A program made the translations under genes and the position numbers. From Azolla caroliniana (taxonomy: Eukaryota; Plantae; Polypodiophyta), in assembly GCA_043228905.1 (NCBI GenBank), contig JBHGNT010000017.1, forward strand, positions 19,024,694 through 19,088,693: a DNA stretch of 64,000 nucleotides, written 5' to 3'. Under the pieces are notes generated by a model. That model was not told where the DNA came from and ran no database searches. It saw nothing but the letters and a program-made list of their open reading frames with translations. Positions 53,501 through 64,000 of the stretch are shown one piece after another (the first letter of the stretch is position 1; every line of letters begins with the position of its first letter).

Positions 53501-54626
53501 GGGGGGAGTTGAGATGAGCGCGTGAGTAAATTAAAATGTTAATACCTCTCTCTTGTGATATCGGACTTTTGTGTTCAAACATGCGAATCGAAGCTAACAA
53601 TACTAGCTATTATATGGAATTAAAAAATCTAGAATTTGAAACTCAGGTCGAGAGACATGAAGAAATTAGCAAATTTGAGGAGGGAGTTGAGAAGAGAGCG
53701 TGAGTAAATTCAAATGTTCACACTTGGATCAGGTTATATCAGATTTTAGTGTTCAAACATGTGAATCGAAGCAAACAACACTAGCCATGATATGGGTTTA
53801 GAAAATCAAGATTTTGAATCTCAGGTCGAGAGACATGAAGACATTAGCAACTTTGAGGAGGCAGTTGAGAAGAGAGCGTCACTAAATTGAAATGTTCACA
53901 CCTGGCTCGTGTTATATCGGAATTTAGTGTTCAAACATGCGAATCGAACTTAACAACACTAGCTATGATATGGATTTAAAAAATCAAGATTTTGAAACTT
54001 AGGTCGAGAGACATGAAGAAATTAGCAAATTTGAGGGGGGAGTTGAGATGAGCGCGTGAGTAAATTAAAATGTTAATACCTTTCTCTTGTGATATTGGAT
54101 TTTTGTGTTCAAACATGCGAATCGAAGCTAACAATACTAGCTATTATATGGAATTAAAAAATCTAGAATTTGAAACCCAGGTCGAGAGACATGAAGAAAT
54201 TAGCAAATTTGAGGAGGGAGTTGAGAAGAGGGCGTGAGTAAATTCAAATGTTCATACCTGGCTCGTGTGATATCGGATTTTAGTGTTCAAACATGCGAAT
54301 CGAAGCTAACATCACTAGCTATGATATGGATTTCAAAAATCAAGATTTTGAAACTCAGGTCGAGAGACATGAAGAAATTAGCAAAATTGAGGAGGGAGTT
54401 GAGAAGAGAGCGTGAGTAAATTCAAATGTTCACACCTGGCTCGTGTTATATCAGATTTTAGTGTTCAAACATGTGAATCGAAGCTAACAACACTAGCCAT
54501 GATATGGATTTATAAAATCAAGATTTTGAATCTTAGGTCGAGAGACATGAAGAAATTAGCAAATTTGAGGGGGGAGTTGAGAAGATCGCGTGAGTAAATT
54601 GAAATGTTAATACCTGTCTCGTGTGA

Positions 54627-54650
54627 AAGCAGTGGTATCAACGCAGAGTA
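54627..54650 (+). other. Library adapter contamination: SMART/ISPCR primer, also the PacBio ultra-low-input amplification adapter
   Basis: Exact 24-nt match AAGCAGTGGTATCAACGCAGAGTA, unrelated to the satellite and seen only once in the window. Confidence 0.97.
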
Positions 54651-57600
54651 GCGAATCGAAGCTAACAACACTAGCTTTTTAATGGAATTAAAAAATCGAG
54701 AATTTGAAACTTAGGTCGAGAGACATGAAGAAATTAGCAAATTTGAGGAGGGAGTTGAGAAGAGCTTGTTTGGAAATAAAAATGTTCAGACCTGGATCGT
54801 GTGATATCGGATTTTTGTATTCAAACATGCGAATCGAAGTTAACAACACTAGCTATTATATAGAATTAAAAATTCGAGAATTTGAAACTCAGGTCGAGAG
54901 ACATGAAGAAATTAGCAAATTTGAGGATGGAGTTAAGAAGAGCGCGTGAGTAAATTGAAATATTAATACCTGTCTCGTGTAATATCGTATTTTTGTGTTG
55001 AAACATGCAAATCGAAGGTAACAACAGTAGCTATTCTATGGAATTAAAAAATCGACAATTTGAAACTCAGGTCGAGAGACATGAAGAAATTAGCAAATTT
55101 GAGGAGGGAGTTGAGAAGAGAGCGTGAGTAAATTCAAATGTTCACACCTGGCTCGTGTTATATCGGATTTTAGTGTTCAAACATGCGAATCGAAGCTAAA
55201 TCACTAGCTATGATATGGATTTAAAAAATCAAGATTCTGAAACTCAGGTCGAGAGACATGAAGAAATTAGCAAATTTGAGGAGGGAGTTGAGAAGAGCTC
55301 GTGAGTAAATTGAAATGTCCATACCTAGCTCATGTGATCCCGGATTGTTGTGTTCAAAGATGTGAATCGAAGCTAACAACACTAGCTATGATATCGATTT
55401 AAAAAATCTAGATTTTGAAACTTAGGTCGAGAGACATGAAGAAATTAGCAAATTTGAGGGGGGAGTTGAGAAGAGCGCGTGAGTAAATTGAAATGTTAAT
55501 ACCTCTCTTTTGTGATATCGGATTTTTGTGTTCAAACATGCGTATCCAAGCTAACAACACTAGCTATCCTATGGATTTAAAAAATCTAGATTTTGAAACT
55601 CAGGTCGAGAGACATGAAGAAATTAGCAAATTTGAGGAGGGAGTTGAGAAGAGCGCGTGAGTAAATTGAAATGTTAATACCTGTGTCGTGTAATATCGGA
55701 TTTTTGTGTTGAAACATGCGAATCGAAGCTAACAACACTAGCTTTTTTATGGAATTAAAAAATCGAGAATTTGAAACTTAGGTCGAGAGACATGAAGACA
55801 TTAGCAAATTAGAGGAGGGAGTGGAGAAGAGCCTGTTTGGAAATGAAAATGTTCAGACCAGGATCGTGTGATATCGGATTTTTGTGTTCAAACCTGCGAA
55901 TCCAAGCTAACAACACTAGCTATTATATGGAATTAAAAAATCTAGAATTTGAAACTCAGGTCGAGAGACATGAAGAAATTAGCAAATTTGAGGAGGGAGT
56001 TGAGAAGAGGGCGTGAGTAAATTCAAATGTTCATACCTGGCTCGTGTGATATCGGATTTTAGTGTTCAAACATGCGAATCGAAGCTAACATCACTAGCTA
56101 TGATATGGGTTTAAAAAATCAAGATTTTGAAACTCAGGTCGAGAGACATGAAGAAATTAGCAAAATTGAGGAGGGAGTTGAGAAGAGCTCGTGCGTAAAT
56201 TGAAATGTTCATACCTGGCTCGTTTGATCCTGGATTGTTGTGTTCAAAGATGTGAATCGAAGCTCACAACACTAGGTATGATATGGAATTAAAAAATCTA
56301 AAAGTTAACAAATTTGAGGAGGGAGTTGAGAAGAGAGCGTGAGTAAATTCAAATGTTCCCACCTGGCTCGTGTTATATCGGATTTTAGTGTTCAAACATG
56401 TGAATCGAAGCTAACAACACTAGTTATGATATGGATTTAAAAAATCAAGATTTTGAAACTTAGGTCGAGAGACATGAAGAAATTAGCAAATTTGAAGGGG
56501 GAGTTGAAAAGAGCGCGTGAGTAAATTGAAATGTTAATACCTGTCTCGTGTGATATCGGATTTTTGTGTTCAAACATGCGAATCGAAGCTAACATCACTA
56601 GCTATGATATGGAATTAAAAAATAAAGATTTTGAAACTCAGGTCGACCGACATGAAGAAATTAGCAAAATTGAGGAGGGAGTTGAGAAGAGCTGGTGCGT
56701 AAATTGAAATATTCATACCTGGCTCGTGTGATCCCGGATTGTTGTGTTGAAAGATGCGAATCGAAGCTCACAACACTAGCTATGATATGACATTAAAAAA
56801 TCTAGAATTTGAAACTCAGGTCGAGAGACATGAAGAAATTAGCAAATTTGAGGAGGTAGTTGAGAAGTGCTCGTTAAGAAATAAAAATGTTGATACCTGG
56901 CTCATCTGATATCGGATTTTAGTCTTCAAACATGCGAATCGAAGCTAACAAGAGTAGCTATGATATGAAATTAAAAAATCAAGAGTTTGAAACTCAGGTC
57001 GAGAGACATGAAGAAATTAGCAAATTAGAGGAGGGAGTGGAGAAGAGCTTGTTTGGAAATAAAAATGTTTAGACCTGGATCGTGTGATATCGGAGTTTTG
57101 TGTTCAAACATGCGAATCGAAGCTAACAACACTAGCTATGATATGGAATTAAAAAATCAAGAATTTCAAACTAAGGTCGAGAGACATGAAGAAATTAGCA
57201 AATTTGAGGAGGGAGTTGAGAAAAGGACGTGAGTAAATTCAAATGTTCATACCTGGCTCGTGTGATATCAGATTTTAGTGTTCAAACATGCGAATGGAAG
57301 CTAACAACACTAGCTATGATATTAAATTAAAACATCAACAATTTCAAACTCAGGTCGAGAGACATGAAGAAATCAGCAAATTAGAGGAGGGAGTGGAGAA
57401 GAGCCTGTTTGGAAATCAAAATGTTCATACCTGGATCGTGTGATATCGGATTTTAGTGTTCCAACATGCAAATCGAAGCTAACAACACTAGCTATGATAT
57501 GGAATTAAAAATTCAAGAATTTTGAAACTTAGGTCAACAGACACGAAGAAATTAGTAAATTTGAGGATGGAGTTGAGAAGAGCGCGTGAGTAAATTCAAA

Positions 57601-59074
57601 TGTTAATACCTGTCTCGTGTGATATCGGATTTTTGTGTTCAAACATGTGAATCGATGCTAACAACACTAGGTATTATATGGAATTAAAAAATCAAGAATT
57701 TGAAACTCAGTTCGAGAGACATGAAGAAATTAACAAATTTGAGGAGGGAGTTGAGAAGAGAGCGTGAGTAAATTCAAATGTTCACACTTGGCTCGTGTTA
57801 TATCGGATTTTAGTGTTCAAACATGTGAATCGAAGCTAACAACACTAGCCATGATATGGGTTTAGAAAATCAAGATTTTGAATCTTAGATCGAGACACAT
57901 GAAGGAATTAGGAAATTTGAGGGGGGAGTTGAGAAGAGCGCGTGAGTAAATTGAAATGTTAATACCTGTCTCGTGTGATATCGGATTTTTGTGTTGAAAC
58001 ATACGAATCGAAGGTAACAACACTAGCTATTCTATGGAATTAAAAAATCGAGAATTTGAAATTCAGGTCGAGAGACATGAAGAAATTAGCAAATTTGAGG
58101 AGGGAGTTGAAAAGAGAGCGTCAGTAAATTGAAATGTTCACACCTGGCTCGTGTTATATCGGATTTTAGTGTTCAAACATGCCAATCGAAGCTAACAACA
58201 CCAGCTATTCTATGGAATTAAAAAATCGAGAATTTGAAACTCAGGTCGAGAGACATGAAGAAATTAGCAAATTTGAGGAGGTAGTGGAGAAGAGATCGTT
58301 AAGAAATGAAAATGTTCATACCTGGGTCATGTGATATCGGATTGTAGTGTTCAAACATGGGAATCGAAGCTAACAAGACTAGCTATGATATGAAATTAAA
58401 AAATCAAGAGTTTGAAACTCAGGTCAAGAGACATAAAGAAATTTGCAAATTAGAGGAGGGAGTGGAGAAGAGCCTGTTTGGAAATGAAAATGTTCAGACC
58501 TGGATCGTGTGATATCGGATTTTTGTGTTGAAACATGCGAATCGAAGCTAACAACACTATCCATTATATAGATTTAAAAAATCGAGAATTTGAAACTCAG
58601 GTCGAGAGATATGAAGAAATTAGCAAATTTGAGGAGGGAGTTGAGAAGAGGGCGTGATTAAATTCAAATGTTCATACCTGGCTCGTGTGATATCGGATTT
58701 TAGTGTTCAAAGATGCGACTCGAAGCTAACATCACTAGCTATGATATGGATTAAAAAAATCAAGATTTTCGTACTCAGGTCGAGAGATATGAAAAAATTA
58801 ACAATTTTGAGGACGTAGTGGAGAAGAGCTCGTTAAGAAATGAAAATGTTGATACCTAGGTCATGTGATATCGGATTTTAGTGTTCAAACATGTGAATCG
58901 AAGCTAACAAGACTAGCTATGATATGAAATTAAAAAATCAAGAGTTTGAAACTCAGGTCGAGAGACATGAAGAAATTAGCAAATTTGAGGAGGTAGTGGA
59001 GAAGAGCTCGTTAAGAAATGAAAATGTTTATACCTGGCTCATGTGATATCGGATTTTAGTGTTCATACCTGGCT

Positions 59075-59100
59075 AAAGATTTTTGGAATAAAAAATTTGG
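59075..59100. other. 26-bp AT-rich linker between blocks C and D
   Basis: aaagatttttggaataaaaaatttgg does not align cleanly in register to either monomer. Confidence 0.6.
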
Positions 59101-62100
59101 ATTTACTCACGCTCTCTAGTCTATGTCGTCCTCAAGGTTGCTTTTTTCTTCATGTCTCTCGCCCGGAGTTTCAGAATCATGATTTTCAAATTCTATATCA
59201 AACGTAACATCGTTAGCTTCTATTCGCGCACTCTTGTCTTCGCCTTCCTAATCACGCACTCTTGTCTTCGCCTTCCTAATCTTTGCTTTTTCCTTCATGT
59301 CTCTCCTCATGAGTTTCAAAATCATGATTTTCAAACTCTATATCAAACCTAATATCGTTAGCTTTGATTCGCATGTTTCAACACAAAAATCCGATATCAC
59401 ACGAGCCAGGTATGAACATTTTCATTTACTCACGCTCTGTAGTCTATGTCGTCCTCAACTTTTCTTCTTTGTTCATATCTCTCGCCCTATGTTTCAAAAT
59501 CATGATTTTCAAATTCTATATAAAACCTAACATCGTTAGAATCTATTCGCATGTTTCAACACAGAAATCCGATATTATACGAACCAGGTATGAACATTTT
59601 CATTTACTCACGCTCTCTTGCCTACGTCGTCCTCAACTTTGCTTTATTGCTCATGTCTCTCGCCCCGAGTTTCAAAATCATGATTTTCAAATACTATATC
59701 AAACCTAACATTGTTAGCATCCATTCACATGTTTCAATACAAAAATCCGATATTACACGAGCCAAGTATGAACATTTTCATTTACTCACGCTCTCTTGTC
59801 TACGTCGTCCTCAACTTTCCTTTTTGTTCATGTCTCTCGCCCGGAGTTTAAAAATCATGATTTTCAAAATCTATATCAAACCTAACATCGTTAGCTTCGA
59901 TTCACATGTTTCATCACAAAAGTCCGATATCACACGTGCTAGGTATGAACGTTTTTATTTACTCACGCGCTCTTGTCTACGCCCTCCTAAACTTTACTTT
60001 TTTCTTCATGTCTCTCGCCCGAAGTTTCAAAATCATGATTTTCAAATTGTATATCAAACCTAACATCGTTGGCTTCGATTCGCATGTTTCAACACAAAAA
60101 TCTGATATCACATGAGCCAGGTATGAACATTTTCATTTACTCACGCTCTCTAGTCTACGTCGTCCTCAACTTTGCTTTTTTGTTCATGTCTCACGTCCTG
60201 AGTTTCAATATCATGATTTTCAAATTGTATGTCAAACCTTACATCGTTGGCTTCGATTCGCATGTTTCAAAACAAAAATCCGATATCACACGAGCGAGGT
60301 ATTATCACACGAGCCAAGTATGAACATTTTCATTTACTCACGCTGTCTTGTCTACGTCGTCTTCAACATTGCTTTTTTGTTATGTCTCTCGCGCGGAGTT
60401 TCAAATCATGATTTTCAAATTCTATAACAAACCTAACATCGTTGGCTTCGATTCGCATGTTTCAACACAAAAATCCGATATCACACGAATGACGTATGAA
60501 CATATTCATTTACTCACGCTCTCTTCTCTACGTCGTGCTCAGCTTTGCTTTTTTCTTCATGTCTCATGCCCTAAGTTTCAAAATCATGATTTTTAAAATA
60601 TATATCAAACCAAACATCGTTAGCTTCCATTCGTATGTTTCAACACAAAAATCCGATATCATAGGTACTAGGTATAAATATTTTCATTTACTCACGCTCT
60701 CTTGTCTACGTCGTCCTTAACTTTACTTTTTTGTTCATGTCTCACGCCCTAAGTTTCAAAATCATAATTTTAAATTCTATATCAAACCTAATATCGTTGG
60801 CTTCGATTCGCATGTTTCAACACAGAAATCTAATATAACATGAGCCAGGTATGAACATTTTCATTTACTCACGCTCTCTAGTTTACGTCGTCCTCAAGCT
60901 TGCTTTTTTGTTTATGTCTCTCGCTCTCAGTTTCAATATCATGATTTTCAAAATCTATATCAAACCTAACATCGTTAGCTTCGATTCGCATGTTTCAACA
61001 CAAAAATCCAATATCACACGTGCCAGGTATGAACATTTTCATTTACTCACGCTCTCTTGTCTACGCCCTCCTTAACTTTACTTTTTTCTTCATGTCTCTC
61101 GCTCGAAGTTACAAAATCATGATTTTCAAATTGTATATCAAACCTAACATTGTTAGCTTCGATTCGCATGTTTCAACACAACAATCCGATATCACACGTG
61201 CCAGGTATGAACATTTTCATTTACTCACGCTCTCTTCTCTACGTCGTCCTCAACTTTGCTTTTTTGTTCATGTCTCACGCCCTGAGTTTCAAAATCATGA
61301 TTTTCAAATTGTATGTCAAACCTAACATCGTTGGCTTCGATTCGCATGTTTCAACACAAACATCCAATATCACACGAGCCGGGTATTATCACACGAGCCA
61401 AGTATGAACATTTTCATTTACTCACGCTGTCTTATCTACGTAGTCCTCAACTTTGCTTTTTTGTTCATGTCTCTCGCCCCGAGATTCAGAATCATGATTT
61501 TCAAATTCTATATCAAACCTAACATCGGTGGCTTCGATTTGCATGTTTCAACACAAAAATCCGATATCACACGAACCAGGTATAAACTTGTTCATTTACT
61601 CACGCTCTCTTCTCTATGTCGTCCTCAGCTTTGCTTTTTTCTTCATGTCTCACGCCCAAAGTTTCAATATCATGATTTTCAAAATCTATATCAAACCTAA
61701 CATCGTTAGCTTTGATTCGTATGTTTCAACACAGATATCCGATATCACACGAGCCAGGTATGAACATTTTCATTTACTCACGCTCTGTTCTCTACGTCGT
61801 CCTCAATTTTGCTTTTTTATTCATTTCTCACGCGCCGATTTTAAAAAGCATGATTTTCAAATTCTATATCAAACCTAATCTCGTTGGCTTCGATTCGCTT
61901 GTTTCAACACAAAAATTCGATATTACACAAGCCAGGTATGAACATTTTCATTTACTCACGCTCTCTTGTCTACATCATCCTCAACTTTGCTTTTTTGTTT
62001 ATGTCTCTCGCCCTAAGTTTCAAAATCATGATTTTCAAATTATATATCACACCTGACATCGTTGTCTCCGATTCTAATGATTCAACATAAAAAATTGATA

Positions 62101-64000
62101 TCACACGAGCTAGGTATGAACATTTTCATTTACTTACGCTATCTTCTCTACGTCGTCCTCAGCTTTGCTTTTTTATTCATGTCTCACGCCCTGAGTTTCA
62201 AATTCATGATTTTCAAAATCTATGTTAAACCTAACATCGTTAGCTTCGATTCCCATGTTTCAACACAGAAATCCGATATCACACGAGCCACGTATGAACA
62301 TTTTCATTTACTCACGCTCTCTAGTCTACGTCGTCCTCAAGCTTGCTTTTTTGTTTATGTCTCTCGCCCTGAGTTTCAATATTATGATTTTCAAAATCTA
62401 TATCAAACCTAACATCGTTAGCTTCGATTCGCATGTTTCAACACAAAAATCTGATATTACACGAACGAGGTATGATCATTTTTATTTACTCACGCTCTCT
62501 TGTGTACGCCCTCCTAAACTTTACTTTTTTCTTTATGTCTCTCGCCCGAAGTTTGAAAATCATGATTTTCAAATTGTATATATCAAACCTAACATCGTTA
62601 GCTTCGATTCGCATGTTTCAACACAATAATCCTATATCAGACGTGCCAGGTATGAACATTTTCATTTACTCACGCTCTGTTCTCTACGTCGTCCTCAACT
62701 TTGCTTTTTTGTTCATGTCTCACGCCCGGAGTTTCAAAATCATGATTTTAAAATTGTATGTCAAACCTAACATCGTTGGCTTCGATTTGCATGTTTCAAC
62801 ACAAAAATCCGATATCACACGAGCCGGGTATTATTACACGAGCCAAGTATGAACATTTTCATTTACACACGCTCTCTTGTCTACGTCGTCCTCAACTTTT
62901 TTCTTCATGTCTCTCGCCCGAATTTTCAAAATCAAGTTTTTCAAATTATATATCAAACCTAACATCGTTGGCTTCGATTCACATGTTTTAACACAACAAT
63001 CCGATATCACACGTGCCAGGTATGAACATTTTCATTTACTCACGCTCTGTTCTCTACGACGTCCTCAACTTTGCTTTTTTGTTCATGTCTCACGCCCTGA
63101 GTTTCAAAATCATGATTATCAAATTGTATGTCAAACCTAACATCGTTGGCTTCGATTTGCATGTTCCAACACAGAAATCCGATATCACATGAGCCGGGTA
63201 TTTTCACACGAGCCAAGTATGAACATTTTCATTTACTCAAGGTGTCTTGTCTACGTCGTCCTCAACTTTGCTTTTTTGTTCATGTCTCTCGCCTGGAGAT
63301 TCGAAATCATGATTTTTCAAATTCTATATCAAACCTAACATCGTTGGCTTCGATTCGCATGTTTCAACACAAAAATTCGATATCACACGAGCCAAGTATG
63401 AACAATTTCATTTACTCACGCTGTCTTGTCTACGTCGTCCTCAACTTGCTTTTTTGTTCATGTCTCTCGCGCTGAGTTTCCAAATCATGATTTTCAAATT
63501 CTATATCAAACCTAACATTGTTGGCTTCGATTTGCATGTTTCAACACAAAAATCCGATATCACACGAACTAGGTATGAACATGTTCATTTAGTCACCCTT
63601 TCTTCTTTACGTCGTCCTGAACATTGCTTTGTTCTTCATGTCTCATGCCCTGAGTTTCGAAATCTTAATTTTCAAAATCTATATCAAACCTAACATCATT
63701 GGCTTCGATTCGCATGTTTTAACACAAAAATCTGATATCACATGAGCTAGGTATGAACATTTTCATTTACTCACGCTCTCTAGTCTATATCGTCCTCAAG
63801 CTTGCTTTTTTGTTAATGTCGCTCGCCCTAATATTCAATATCATGATTTTCAAATTCAATATCAAACCTAACATCGTTAGCTTTGATTCGCATGTTTCAA
63901 CACAATAATCCGATATCACACGAACCAGGTATGGACATGTTTATTTACTCACGCTCTCTTCTCTACGTCGTCCTCAGCTTTGCTTTTTTCTTCATGTCTC
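59101..64000 (-). repeat. Diverged 178-bp satellite subfamily, inverted block D (about 27 monomers; runs off the window end)
   Basis: ttcatttactcacg recurs at 59421, 59599 and 59777 (178-bp period). It is collinear with the reverse complement of the main monomer but carries fixed differences (tctacgtcgtcctcaactttgc, atcaaacctaacatcgtt); roughly 85% identical by eye. Confidence 0.95.

Larger units (their letters stand above)
28715..59074 (+). repeat. 178-bp satellite, main family, forward block C (about 171 monomers)
   Basis: Forward monomers resume at ctatgatatataatcaaaaaatcaag (28715) and continue to ...gttcatacctggct (59074). Confidence 0.97.

Noticed and set aside
54627-54650. Novel short insertion or spacer acquisition
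   Set aside because: Exact match to a commercial library adapter.
384-54949. Dozens of 60-96 aa ORFs (MFIPGSCD..., MSKFKCSY..., MREWRRAC...)
   Set aside because: They are translations of the 178-bp monomer in different frames, start and stop with single SNPs, flip strand with the array, and show no recognisable domain.
60064-60080. CENP-B box-like motif catcgttggcttcgatt
   Set aside because: Matches 10 of 17 positions but only 5 of the 9 essential bases (TTCG....A..CGGG), and is absent from the main family.
59152-63693. Longer overlapping hydrophobic ORFs, up to 170 aa
   Set aside because: All three frames are open and cycle through the same peptides because 178 is not a multiple of 3. F/I/L richness reflects the T-rich strand.
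1-64000. CRISPR-like or other repeat-spacer array
   Set aside because: No unique spacers, since the variable parts are homologous between units, and no cas or other genes.
1-64000. 5S rDNA, tRNA or other RNA-gene tandem array
   Set aside because: No recognisable 5S or tRNA sequence or internal promoter boxes in the monomer.

Overview
The whole window is non-coding tandem satellite DNA, about 360 copies of a 178-bp AT-rich monomer. It looks like eukaryotic heterochromatic, possibly centromeric or pericentromeric, sequence; I cannot assign the species. No genes are supported, and every ORF in the track is a translation of the repeat. The array has four orientation blocks: main family forward (1-~15466), main family inverted (~15462-28717), main family forward (28715-59074), and, after a 26-bp linker, a diverged 178-bp subfamily in inverted orientation (59101-64000). 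Shared SNPs and indels reveal 4-, 9-, 10- and 14-monomer higher-order units, a 6.7-kb block duplicated 35.3 kb away, and a 3.6-kb inverted copy of the left flank inside the inversion. A 24-nt SMART/PacBio ultra-low-input amplification adapter sits at 54627-54650, so the library was probably PCR-amplified and some rearrangements could be artefacts. I found no new protein-coding or RNA-guided system; the interest lies in the satellite architecture. Counts and identities are by-eye estimates.
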